A stretch of DNA of 64,000 bases from an uncultured Bacteroidaceae bacterium. GTDB lineage: Bacteria > Bacteroidota > Bacteroidia > Bacteroidales > GCA-2748055. The notes beneath the pieces were generated by a model. The model worked only from the letters and a program-made list of their open reading frames with translations. It searched no databases and was not told the origin of the DNA. This document shows positions 46,267-55,802 of this stretch, piece after piece. Made by a program: the position numbers and the translations under genes. Numbering within the stretch: the first letter of the stretch is position 1; each line of letters starts with the position of its first letter. The stretch is taken from NCBI GenBank assembly GCA_964526475.1, contig CAZGKF010000006.1, positions 25,272-89,271 on the forward strand, given 5' to 3'.

Positions 46267-46806
46267 ATGAAATTTTTAATCGTATTAATAACAGCATTTT
46301 TTATTACGGTCATTGCAGGTGCACAGCATAGCGATTCGCCTGCAGGACATGTAAACATTGGAATTAAAGCTGGGGTAAATATTTTCAACATTTACAATGA
46401 CAACAGTACTAATTATGACCCTTTAGTCGGGTATCATTTTGGCTTACTTGGTCATATTCATATTAACAGCCAATTTGCATTTCAACCTGAAATAGTATAT
46501 TCTGCTCAGGGCGCAAAATTTAGTGAGGACACTGGTTATAATCTGGGTTATATTAATATACCTGTCCTTTTGCAATATATGTTTGACAATGGATTCAGAT
46601 TACAGGCAGGCCCTCAGGCAGGTTTTCTGATCAGTGCAAAAACAATAAACAATGGTAACACTACAGACCATAAAGATGATTTGAAACCCATTGACCTTGG
46701 TGTAAGTATTGGGGCGAGCTATATATATCCGCCGTCTGGTATTGGTGTAGATCTAAGATATAATGTTGGGTTTAGCAATATAAATAAAAACAGCTCAGTA
46801 AATTAA
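46267..46806 (+). CDS. Outer membrane beta-barrel (porin-family, OmpA-like barrel) protein
   Basis: 179 aa with signal peptide, GIKAGVN, YINIPVLLQY, LQAGPQAGFLI, and a typical 8-strand small barrel pattern. Confidence 0.65.
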   Translation: MKFLIVLITAFFITVIAGAQHSDSPAGHVNIGIKAGVNIFNIYNDNSTNYDPLVGYHFGLLGHIHINSQFAFQPEIVYSAQGAKFSEDTGYNLGYINIPVLLQYMFDNGFRLQAGPQAGFLISAKTINNGNTTDHKDDLKPIDLGVSIGASYIYPPSGIGVDLRYNVGFSNINKNSSVN

Positions 46807-47121
46807 ACAAACAGGGGAATCCAATTTGGAATATTTTACATTTTTGGCCATAAAACAGCAAAATAATTCTCTGATAATGTGATTATTCCAAAAATTCTTC
46901 TTTAGAGTTGCTGTAAATGCATCATTATTATTAACTTTAATTTTCTGTTTTTCATAGCATAATGGAACTGACCAATAATTGGATTATTGACAGATACAGG
47001 ATTTTTGTTATCGGCAGATAGGATAAAATCTTGATTTTATTAAATAATTTTTAAAGAAAACTTACAATCAGAAATTGTTAAGGATCATGACATAATTTTT
47101 TTTATGGAAGTATAAAACAAT

Positions 47122-47343
47122 ATGGGAAAAGCAACCGTTAAATTACATATTGCCACCTATGCTTATGAGGAATATGTGGTAGAAGTGCCATGTGAAAAGG
47201 ATGATGTGGACGATCTCATCATTGCCAGGGCATGGAAAAAACTTAAGGAAGAAGAAGGAGGCTCGCTTCCTTACGGCCACCGCACAGCCGAAATAATTAA
47301 CCGAATCGACAGACCAAGGGAAAAAAATAAACCGTCAGGATAG
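47122..47343 (+). CDS. Small hypothetical protein
   Basis: 73 aa, acidic and lysine-rich. No family recognised. The stop is embedded in a hairpin. Confidence 0.35.
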   Translation: MGKATVKLHIATYAYEEYVVEVPCEKDDVDDLIIARAWKKLKEEEGGSLPYGHRTAEIINRIDRPREKNKPSG

Positions 47344-47352
47344 TGACGGTTT
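47329..47352. terminator. Perfect 9-bp hairpin between convergent genes (likely terminator for the minus-strand gene)
   Basis: aaaccgtca-ggatag-tgacggttt. On the minus strand it is followed by tatttttttc. It overlaps the stop codon of the + strand ORF at 47122-47343. Confidence 0.4.
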
Positions 47353-47376
47353 AAACAGAAGATGAAGTATCCGGCC

Positions 47377-48264
47377 TTATTGTTTAATTTTGTAATAGTT
47401 GATATTGGTTTTTAAAGTGATGGTTTTGGTAATAACGCCATTTGTCCAGGTTGCAGTATTATCACATTCTCCGGGAACATATTCGCCATAATTCATTACC
47501 GCAACTTCTTCTTTGTTTATATACCTGGTTATGATACCGCTCTGAAAATGCTGGCACACTATTGGCCGGTATAAAGGAACTGTGATTTCTCTTACAAATA
47601 CTTTATTATCTCTTTTTATTCTGGCACTACCTGTGACCCACACTTCGTCATCCAATCTTGTTGTGAGGTCATCACCACGGTTGTAGGTACGTACTCTTTT
47701 CCAGTCACGTTTAACAAGTAATTCTCCGCTGGTAGTCGATATATTCATAATGTTTATTACTTCAAAAATATAATATCCGTCATCATTTGTGCCTTTATTT
47801 ATTGCATTTCTGTTTCCAACAATTTTAAGATCATTATAGATATAGTCTGCCAGTCTGGAATGGCGAACGGTATTTTTTCGCCAGTAAGGACCGGTAATGT
47901 GAACTATGATTTTCCCTGCTCTGAAATTTCCTTCTGCGTCGGTACAACCATCTCCGTAATCGAGGGAGATAGTTTTAGGAAATTTCGAATTTTCAGGAGT
48001 TTCAACTACGATTTTGGGATCACAAGGTTCAATTTCTTCCGATTTTTTTAACGAAAGATTGTAATTGTATTTTTCCAGCATCGTAATTTCTCTATCGATC
48101 TGGTCATCAATTTTTTCAAGAACAGCTTCAAAAACAGCTTCATTTTCAGCCTCAGCAAACTGATCATGTATTTCTGACGGGGAAGGATCATTTTGTGAAC
48201 AGGAGGCGACGATAAATACACTTGCTACAGAAAGTGCTGCAAGTGAAAAGAGATTGTTTTTCAT
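47377..48264 (-). CDS. Hypothetical lipoprotein
   Basis: 295 aa with a lipoprotein signal (SVFIVASCSQ). No family recognised. Confidence 0.5.
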   Translation of the reverse strand: MKNNLFSLAALSVASVFIVASCSQNDPSPSEIHDQFAEAENEAVFEAVLEKIDDQIDREITMLEKYNYNLSLKKSEEIEPCDPKIVVETPENSKFPKTISLDYGDGCTDAEGNFRAGKIIVHITGPYWRKNTVRHSRLADYIYNDLKIVGNRNAINKGTNDDGYYIFEVINIMNISTTSGELLVKRDWKRVRTYNRGDDLTTRLDDEVWVTGSARIKRDNKVFVREITVPLYRPIVCQHFQSGIITRYINKEEVAVMNYGEYVPGECDNTATWTNGVITKTITLKTNINYYKIKQ

Positions 48265-48498
48265 TTTTTTAAGGAATTTAAATTATGTGTGATCAAATTT
48301 ATTAATATTTTTGATAATTCCAATTTAATTCAATGAATATTTTTATATTATTCACATAATAATATAGTTACAAAGGCAGGTTAACTATCCTGTTTATTTT
48401 TCTTTAGTTATAAATTTCATACCCCTAACGTGGACAAGCCACAACCAAACAAATAACAAATCTCAAGATACAAATAACAAATAAATTTCAATCAACAA

Positions 48499-48626
48499 AT
48501 GACAAAACAGGTTTATGATTTAGAAGAACGAACTTTTCATTTTGCAAAGCGAGTAAGGTTATATTACATGACGAAGCCATTCAATTGAAAAAAATATTTT
48601 CTTCCATCATTGAAAAATCAAAATAG
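48499..48626 (+). pseudogene. Remnant of a four-helix-bundle (23S rRNA intervening-sequence-type) protein gene: N- and C-terminal pieces joined out of frame
   Basis: ATG 48499 gives MTKQVYDLEERTFHFAKRVRLYYMTKPFN*. A second frame continues as DEAIQLKKIFSSIIEKSK*, ending at 48626. Both pieces resemble the ends of ~120-aa four-helix-bundle proteins. Flanked by inverted A/C-rich (48440-48498) and T/G-rich (48627-48690) tracts. Confidence 0.55.
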
Positions 48627-48717
48627 TGTATTCGTATTTATAATTTTGGTATTATTTGTTTTTTGGAATTTGTTTTTTGGAATTTTCGCCAAATAATACA
48701 AGAAAATTAGATGTAAG

Positions 48718-48770
48718 GTACTAAATCCCCCAGGGGGGACTTTAAGCAGTTGAATAATGGTTACATCTAT
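48718..48770 (+). repeat. Dispersed hairpin-containing repeat, copy B (short; its 5' end is split off at 48418-48430)
   Basis: tactaaatcccccaggggggactttaagcagttgaataatggttacatct matches copies A and C. The first 11 nt of the repeat (catacccctaa) sit at 48418-48428, upstream of the four-helix-bundle cassette. Confidence 0.55.
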
Positions 48771-48874
48771 TTGTTTAATTACGTGAGGACGGAAATATCT
48801 TTTAATTTTATTCCGTTATAAAAATATCTTTTATATTTTGGCTATAGAATTATTTTTACCTTAAACCAATTAAT

Positions 48875-50773
48875 ATGCGTCGATTTACATTTTTAGTATT
48901 TTCCGGGTTAATGACCGTATGCATAAGTTTTGCACAAACCGGTGAGGAAATGTCATCCGCAGAAACTGATACGGCCCCTTCAAAGCCTTTCATTTTTACT
49001 ACAGAATCGGCATCAGATTATATGATCTATCTTCTGGGGAATGATAAATTATGGAGACCTTCGGGAGATACTATGAGGATTTCGCTGGCAAGGTTGACAG
49101 ATCATTTCAAAGAACCATTTGACAGTGTGTATAGCCGGCTTTCAGCTTTTGACTACGAGTCTGTTAAACTAAAACAAACTATTATTGTAAAGAATGATAC
49201 TCTTCCGTTAAGGTGGTTAAACGAATCAACCTTTATTGTTGATACCGTAGCCCTGGAGAAAGACCCTTTCGTAATTAAAAAGACTCTCATTGCGAAGGCA
49301 ATTGATACAACAGCTTTATCTTTTCATAACAAAATCCCTGAAATAGAAAACCTGATTCACTCCATCCTGCAGGTACAGGATACTATTACAGAAATCTTCA
49401 TTGATACTGTTTTTCTTAAATCAAAGAATATTCAGATGCATCAGATTGTTGATAAACGTATCATCCCTCCCCTCATACGCCCTGATATAAGAAAATCTGT
49501 CCGTTTTCTTCCTGATTCGGGCAAAATCATTATTTCAGATACATCTGAAGTTATTGTCGCTAACAAGGAATCCCCGTTCTATATTGTTCCTGATAAAAAG
49601 ATGCCGGACTCCCTCCGGTATGCAGTCGAAACCCTGTTATCTTATATATACCACCGTGATTCTACTCTTTTGTTTATTAATGATTTAGAGGGACAAAAGA
49701 TGCCCTTCTGGTTAACTACAGGGAATGATAACTTTTACAGGTATTGGGTAAAGAATTATCAAAATGACTCCATAACCATATGGGTAGGCAATCCTGAAAA
49801 ATCTAATATTACCTTGATCCTTGAAGAAGATGTTAATGTTTTCCGCATCGGGAAAAAGATGGCCGACGATATTCCTATTACTACATTGAGGCCGTTAAGG
49901 TATCTTGCAAAGCTTGAACCATTGAAAACTATCCCTGAATACTGGGATTATGGCTTTTCAAGTTCATTTACATTGAATCAGACTCATCTCTCCAACTGGT
50001 CGAAGGGAGGTGAAAGTTCCTTATCAAGCATGTTTGATATTAACAGTAAAGCAGAATATGCCAACACGGAGGCCAATATGCAGTGGACTAACAGCGGACG
50101 TTTAAAATATGGAGCTTTAATAACAGAGGAACAAGGATTAAGAAAAACCACTGATATGCTTGAGTTTAATTCACAATATAACAAAGGTCTGATAGAGAAG
50201 ATGGATTTCAGTGCGGTTTTTTACATGAAGAACCAGATCGCAAAAGGCTATAAATATCCCAACGATTCTGTTGTTGTATCGAAGTTCCTCAATCCCGCAA
50301 CATTTACGATCGGTATGGGAGTGGAATATAAACCAGATAAAAACAACCGTTTCAACTTTTCCATGTTGTCATATAAAAATACTTTTGTGCTGGATACAGC
50401 AGGTATAGATCAGACAAAACACGGGATTACAAGAGATAAGCGTGCGAAGCAGGAAATGGGAGGGCAAATGGTGGTCAAAAACAATACGAGTATTCTGGAC
50501 GGGCTAAGTATATCAAATACAATCCGGTTGTTCTCAAACTATTTTGATAAGCCACAGAATATTGATGTTGACTGGGAAATTGACCTTTCTAAAAGGATTA
50601 ACTGGTATTTTACTATTCGTCTGAATCTTCATATGATTTATGATGACGATATCCGTTTTCCTGTGCTGAATGAAAATAAGGAACCAGTAATATTACCGGA
50701 CGGAAGTAAAAAAGAAGTCCCGAAGCTGCAGTTTAAGGAATTACTGGGGTTAACTCTCTCATTTAAAATTTAG
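48875..50773 (+). CDS. Secreted protein with C-terminal DUF3078-like outer-membrane barrel domain
   Basis: 632 aa with signal peptide. The C-terminal half has the LSNWSKGGESSLS motif that I associate with DUF3078. Confidence 0.5.
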   Translation: MRRFTFLVFSGLMTVCISFAQTGEEMSSAETDTAPSKPFIFTTESASDYMIYLLGNDKLWRPSGDTMRISLARLTDHFKEPFDSVYSRLSAFDYESVKLKQTIIVKNDTLPLRWLNESTFIVDTVALEKDPFVIKKTLIAKAIDTTALSFHNKIPEIENLIHSILQVQDTITEIFIDTVFLKSKNIQMHQIVDKRIIPPLIRPDIRKSVRFLPDSGKIIISDTSEVIVANKESPFYIVPDKKMPDSLRYAVETLLSYIYHRDSTLLFINDLEGQKMPFWLTTGNDNFYRYWVKNYQNDSITIWVGNPEKSNITLILEEDVNVFRIGKKMADDIPITTLRPLRYLAKLEPLKTIPEYWDYGFSSSFTLNQTHLSNWSKGGESSLSSMFDINSKAEYANTEANMQWTNSGRLKYGALITEEQGLRKTTDMLEFNSQYNKGLIEKMDFSAVFYMKNQIAKGYKYPNDSVVVSKFLNPATFTIGMGVEYKPDKNNRFNFSMLSYKNTFVLDTAGIDQTKHGITRDKRAKQEMGGQMVVKNNTSILDGLSISNTIRLFSNYFDKPQNIDVDWEIDLSKRINWYFTIRLNLHMIYDDDIRFPVLNENKEPVILPDGSKKEVPKLQFKELLGLTLSFKI

Positions 50774-50777
50774 ACTC

Positions 50778-51929
50778 TTAGTTAATCTTTTTTTCCATAA
50801 TTTCTGCTTTTTCTATGACACGCAGGTCTTTGTAAAGCTGGTAGATTTTCGTGATAACAAGGTTATTTTCAGGTTTTTTCTCATAGGCCTGGTCGAGCCA
50901 GGTAATAGCAGATTCGAATGCGGCTGCTGATTTTGCTTTTTCTTCAAGAACGATTTTGTTATGAATAATATTCCTTGCATTCTCTTCAATTTCCACTCCA
51001 ATATTATAGTAACATGTAGCTATGTTTACATAAGTTATTAATTCATCCGGAGCCAGAATGACGCTTCCTTCATAGGCATCGATGGCTTTTCTGTATTGTT
51101 CCGTTTTTTGGTATATTAATCCTTTTGTATAAGGAAAGATGTAATTGGAAGGACTTTTTGAAGACGCACTGTCAAGAACCATCAAGGCCCTTTCAGGTTC
51201 ATTTCTTTGAAAAAGAAGATCAACCAGCAGCAAAACCAGGTCCTCATTATTTTCATAGTTATCAACTCCTTCCATAAGCACTCTTTCAGCAGAACTCGTA
51301 TCAGCTTTCTCAAGATATACCGTAGATAACAAATGTGTGACATTAGGCAGATACTTATACTTATGCAGTTTGCTGAAATACTCTGTTGCTTTTTCCAGGT
51401 TTTTATTTTCATATGCCGCCAGGGCTGTGTTAAATATCAGGCTCGTATCTTTTTGGACTGATAGTATGGGACTTTGGGTGATAGTAAGTGCCTGTTCAAA
51501 TGCTTTCAGTGCATCCGCATATTTTTTATCTTTAAAATGCGTCTCTCCTAATTTCTTAAATTCATTAGCCAGGAGGATATATTTAGGTGCGAGTTGTTTT
51601 TCAAGTTTTCCTCTTTTATCAAGCGAGCGGGCTTTTTCATAGGAATCGTATGCTACAAAAAGCTGATCGGGGTAAAGCTCATATTCTTTTTTGTCTTTCT
51701 TCTTTATTCCCTCCAGGTAAGCATTCTGACATATGAGCCCCCTGGCATACCATGCTCTGTACCAATGCATCGACTCTTCGTCTGTTATCATTTCCTCAAC
51801 AACTTTTTTGGCTTCTTCAAACTCGGAGAGTTCAATAATATGGAATAAGGTAATAAGCTTGCTTTTTTGCAATGGTTTTAAGACGGAACACCCACAAAAA
51901 ACTAATATTAAAAAAAATAGTTTCTTCAT
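50778..51929 (-). CDS. TPR-repeat lipoprotein
   Basis: From ATG 51929: MKKLFFLILVFCGCS (lipobox). Multiple TPR-like repeats (YADALKAFEQAL, LEKATEYFSKL, YRKAIDAYEGSV). Confidence 0.7.
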   Translation of the reverse strand: MKKLFFLILVFCGCSVLKPLQKSKLITLFHIIELSEFEEAKKVVEEMITDEESMHWYRAWYARGLICQNAYLEGIKKKDKKEYELYPDQLFVAYDSYEKARSLDKRGKLEKQLAPKYILLANEFKKLGETHFKDKKYADALKAFEQALTITQSPILSVQKDTSLIFNTALAAYENKNLEKATEYFSKLHKYKYLPNVTHLLSTVYLEKADTSSAERVLMEGVDNYENNEDLVLLLVDLLFQRNEPERALMVLDSASSKSPSNYIFPYTKGLIYQKTEQYRKAIDAYEGSVILAPDELITYVNIATCYYNIGVEIEENARNIIHNKIVLEEKAKSAAAFESAITWLDQAYEKKPENNLVITKIYQLYKDLRVIEKAEIMEKKIN

Positions 51930-51981
51930 AAGGCAATTATGCATGTAAAGATAACAAAGATGCTTCTTATTACCATCTGTA

Positions 51982-52920
51982 TTATTTCACACCCTGTATG
52001 TACCTGTAAAATTCGCTGTTGGTGGTGATGATAAGCGTGGTTTTTTCGTCCAGTGCTTTCTCAAAACTTTCCATTGTACGCAGAAAGTAATAGAGTTCCT
52101 GCGTTTGCCGGTTTCGGTTGACAGCGCGTGCATAAATATTTGTGGCTTCGGCATCGGCACGGCCACGTATCTTTTCGGCTTCGCGTATGGCTTCGGATTG
52201 TATCTTAGCCAGATCCCGTTCTTTGTTACCCAAAATCTTAAGTGCTTCCCCCTGTCCTTCACTGCGGAACTGGTCGGCAATACGGTTGCGCTCGCTGATC
52301 ATACGGTCGTAAACCCTGTTGCGGACTTCTTCTACATAGCTCATTCGTTTGAAACGAAAGTCGAGGATCCTGATACCGAGGTCAGTAGTTCTTTCGTTGG
52401 CTTTTTTAAGAATGAGTGCTTCGATAACATCCCTTCCAACGTTAATGTCTTCAAGGTTTTCCATCTCTTCCATAAAATCTTCAACAATTTCAGGTTCGCG
52501 GTTGGTCGATCGCACTATTTCGAGCAGGTTGTGACCGGCTACTGCAATACGGGTTTCTCCGTCGAGGATATCGTCTAACCTTGATTGTGCTGAGCGTTCA
52601 TCGCGTAATCGGATAAAAAACTGCAAGGGATCCGTTATTTCCCAGCGTGCATAAGTGTCAACATGAATAAATCGTTTATCTTTAGTGGGCACCTGATTAG
52701 CGTCTCCGTCCCATTCGAGGTAGCGTTTGTCAAAAAACTGCACTTTATGAATTAATGGCACTTTTATCTTAAGACCGGGCTGCGTTCGCGGCTCACCCAC
52801 GGGTTTGCCAAACTGAGTGACAACTGCCTGCTGGGTCTCGTCCAGAACATACACCGTGCTTCGGATAACTATAATAGCCAATATGATAACAGCAATTATT
52901 GCGACATAAATCTTTTTCAT
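51982..52920 (-). CDS. hflC: HflC (SPFH/band-7 protease modulator)
   Basis: 312 aa with an N-terminal TM segment and an SPFH domain. Overlaps the stop of the upstream hflK-like gene by 4 nt. Confidence 0.85.
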   Translation of the reverse strand: MKKIYVAIIAVIILAIIVIRSTVYVLDETQQAVVTQFGKPVGEPRTQPGLKIKVPLIHKVQFFDKRYLEWDGDANQVPTKDKRFIHVDTYARWEITDPLQFFIRLRDERSAQSRLDDILDGETRIAVAGHNLLEIVRSTNREPEIVEDFMEEMENLEDINVGRDVIEALILKKANERTTDLGIRILDFRFKRMSYVEEVRNRVYDRMISERNRIADQFRSEGQGEALKILGNKERDLAKIQSEAIREAEKIRGRADAEATNIYARAVNRNRQTQELYYFLRTMESFEKALDEKTTLIITTNSEFYRYIQGVK

Positions 52921-53900
52921 GGTGATACTATTTGAGGGGTTCCTAAATTGAGTAAGGGAAGGATGTTATTACCTTTTTCATCCAGTATTATTTTGTGCTG
53001 AAGCTTTGGCAGGACGCGCTCCATCGTTTCTAAGTAGATTCTTTTTTTGGTTACTTCGGGCGCTTTAATATAGGCTGCAAATAACGAACTAAACCGGTCG
53101 GCTTCACCTGTAGCTCGGTTCACGCGGTTCAGATAATAAGCTTCGGCAAGCTGGATGGTTTCCTCGGCTTCACCGCGGGCACGGGGGATCACTCGGTTGT
53201 ATTCCGATTCTGCCTCATTGATGAGCGTTTCCCGCTCCTGCTGCGCCTGGTTCACTGCATTGAAACTTGGTTTTACAGTTTCAGGTGGATTTACATCCTG
53301 CAAAACTACCTGGTCAATCCGTATCCCGTTTTCATACTCAGTGCACATCTGTTGAAGCAGTACTTCCACATTTGAAGCCACTTCCTGCCGGCCTACTGTC
53401 AGTACCTCATTTACGGTGCGGTCACCCACGGTCTTTCTTACGGAGGCTTCGGACATGTCACGCAGGGTTTTCTCTGCGTTGCGCACCCTGAACAGGTACT
53501 GGTAGGAATCAATGATACGGTATTGCACTACCCACTCCACATCAGCGAGGTTTAGATCGCCTGAAAGCATCAGCGATTCATCTGAAAAGCTCTGGGAGGA
53601 GTAAGTTGTGCGTGTGGCTGCCATATTGGTTCGAAAGCCAAATTCCTGCTTAAGCTGTCGCTGAACAGGTATTTTGTACATCTTTTCCACGCCAAAGGGT
53701 GCGATGAAGTTCAAACCGGGAGGCACGGTGCGGGTGTACTTTCCGAAAAAAAGTACTACACCCTCTTCTTCCGGTCCTACAGTTTTTGTCGCTGATAATG
53801 CGGCAACTATTAACACAAAAGCGATGATGACATTGAACAGGTGTTTTTTGATCCATTGTTCGGCCTTTAAAGGATCAAATTGTGGTTGATTATTATTCAT
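52917..53900 (-). CDS. hflK: HflK (FtsH protease activity modulator, SPFH domain)
   Basis: 327 aa with a TM segment, GPEEEGVVLFFGKY, an SPFH core and a coiled-coil C-terminus. Paired with hflC. Confidence 0.85.
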   Translation of the reverse strand: MNNNQPQFDPLKAEQWIKKHLFNVIIAFVLIVAALSATKTVGPEEEGVVLFFGKYTRTVPPGLNFIAPFGVEKMYKIPVQRQLKQEFGFRTNMAATRTTYSSQSFSDESLMLSGDLNLADVEWVVQYRIIDSYQYLFRVRNAEKTLRDMSEASVRKTVGDRTVNEVLTVGRQEVASNVEVLLQQMCTEYENGIRIDQVVLQDVNPPETVKPSFNAVNQAQQERETLINEAESEYNRVIPRARGEAEETIQLAEAYYLNRVNRATGEADRFSSLFAAYIKAPEVTKKRIYLETMERVLPKLQHKIILDEKGNNILPLLNLGTPQIVSP

Positions 53901-54269
53901 ACATATCTTGAATTAAAGGTGTTTATAAATTTGTATTATCATAACCAGGACTTTAGGTCGCGGATTTATTTGAAAAACAAAGCTTTCAAAAGTTCTTTCC
54001 AAAGGTAGTGTAAGTTTCACAAGCATCAAAGATATATTATAGAAAAATCAGAGTTTTGGGTAATTAATTCTCATTAAATTTTGTAATATCGGGATGAAAC
54101 AATCCCGGAACTTTTTGCAGCGGTTGAGAATATCATAACTTTGTATGACCAGCAAAGTATTAGTATTTATAAATCAGTACAAGCTGGAACAAACAGACAA
54201 TGCCGGGTAAAGGAAATCAGAAATGAAAATGTTTATCCTCAATCGATACGAAATATAATAAATAGACGG

Positions 54270-55241
54270 ATGTTGAAACAAATACGATCATTATTCAATC
54301 CTGAATATTTTCAGGGATGGGGGAAGAAGCGCAACTATTTCGAGGGCTGGTATTTTAAGGTTCTTAACCGTGATGAGACCCTTGCCTTTGCCGTTATTCC
54401 CGGAGTTGCAATGGATGGAGATGGTTCCCGGCATGCTTTTATTCAGGTTCTTGATGGAAGGAAGAAAACGGCTGAATACCACAAATTTGAATATAACAGC
54501 TTCCTGCCTTTGGGGAACAAATTCCTGGTTTCGATAGAAAATAATTACTTCTCAGAAGATGCAATTTTCCTTGATCTGCCTGAATTAAAAGGGAAGCTTT
54601 GTTTTTCCGGTAATGTGAGCTGGCCCAAGCCATGGTATTCTCCAGGCATAATGGGACCATACTCATTTGTGCCATTTATGGAATGTTATCACGGGATTGT
54701 AAGCATGGATCACTCCATAACAGGCAAACTGGAATTCAAAGGAGAGCTTATTGACTTTGGAGGTGGCAGGGGATATATTGAGAAGGACTGGGGCAGTTCT
54801 TTTCCTGAAGGATATATATGGCTTCAGTCAAATCATTTCGACGAACCGGGAATCTCTGTTAAGATATCGGTTGCCAGGATCCCCTGGCTGCGGAGTTCTT
54901 TTGTTGGATTTATATCAGGACTATGGCTAAGGGACAAACTTATAAAGTTCACCACTTATAATGGTTCTGCCTTGAAAAAAGTGAGAGCCGGGATAGAAAA
55001 AGTGGAGATCAGCCTTGCAAATAAAAACTATCTTCTGGATATCCTTGTTAAACGGGATATCGCAACTGCTCTTGCTTCCCCTTTAAGGGGACATATGAAT
55101 GGAAGGATAGAAGAAAGCATGTCGTCAGAACTTGAAATTAACCTTATTGAACTAAGGTCCGGTAAATCCCTGTTTCACGGCCGGGGACGAAATGCAGCAG
55201 TCGAGGTGGCAGGCCGGGTGGAGGAAATTATAACCGGATAA
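54270..55241 (+). CDS. Tocopherol-cyclase-like family protein
   Basis: YFEGWYFKV lies near the N-terminus, as in VTE1/slr1737-type cyclases, and GYIEKDWGSSFP follows. The track ORF starts at TTG 54141, but ATG 54270 is the more likely start. Confidence 0.55.
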   Translation: MLKQIRSLFNPEYFQGWGKKRNYFEGWYFKVLNRDETLAFAVIPGVAMDGDGSRHAFIQVLDGRKKTAEYHKFEYNSFLPLGNKFLVSIENNYFSEDAIFLDLPELKGKLCFSGNVSWPKPWYSPGIMGPYSFVPFMECYHGIVSMDHSITGKLEFKGELIDFGGGRGYIEKDWGSSFPEGYIWLQSNHFDEPGISVKISVARIPWLRSSFVGFISGLWLRDKLIKFTTYNGSALKKVRAGIEKVEISLANKNYLLDILVKRDIATALASPLRGHMNGRIEESMSSELEINLIELRSGKSLFHGRGRNAAVEVAGRVEEIITG

Positions 55242-55474
55242 TGGATTGGTTAAACAACTGGTTTCCCCTTTCCCCGAACTGACTTCTGAATTACAGGAAA
55301 TACTTGACTGCTCCGGTTTTATGGAGGTAAATATTATAAAAAATTTTCTGGATATTTTTATAAAGGAGATAACTAAACAACGTGACAGATCAGAAAAAAA
55401 GAGATAGTCTTTCTTTAAGAGGATATTTAAAAGGAAATAACAATAAGGTTTATGAGGTTTAAAATAGAAAACAT

Positions 55475-55614
55475 CATACCCCTAAATCCCCCAGGGGGGA
55501 CTTTAAGCAGTTGAATAACAGTTACATCTTTTTATTAAATCTCATAAACAATATAATTCCCACTCAATGATATGGAGGCAGAGCCTTTGTCTCCCTTAAA
55601 AAAGGGAGGGGAGT
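55475..55614 (+). repeat. Dispersed hairpin-containing repeat, copy C (uninterrupted reference copy)
   Basis: catacccctaaatCCCCCAGGGGGGactttaagcagttgaataacagttacatct...ggaggcagagcctttgTCTCCCttaaaaaaGGGAGG. It has two hairpins and is intergenic. Confidence 0.6.
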
Positions 55615-55802
55615 GCAATATTTTTTCCATTAATTCTTTGGTAATTTACAAACAAATTTGTTGTGAAAATTATAAATATTTCAATGAAAACTAACCTCTC
55701 CATGATGATTAAAAAGTAAAAAAATGGAGTTATCTTTGCCGGATAACTTCTTGAAAAAATCGAAAAATAAGTGCTCAATAAATTATTTTTAATAATAAGC
55801 TT

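Noticed and set aside
52105-53889. Several + strand ORFs (61-157 aa) opposite hflC and hflK
   Set aside because: They are antisense to well-supported SPFH genes, and Ser/Arg/Cys-rich translations are typical of the wrong frame.
55246-55407. 54-codon TTG-initiated ORF (LVKQLVSPFPELTSELQEILDCSGFMEV...) resembling the first ~30 residues of Crp/Fnr-family regulators
   Set aside because: The similarity covers only a short N-terminal stretch and is by eye. There is no ATG and no cNMP-binding or HTH region. This is too weak to call even as a pseudogene.
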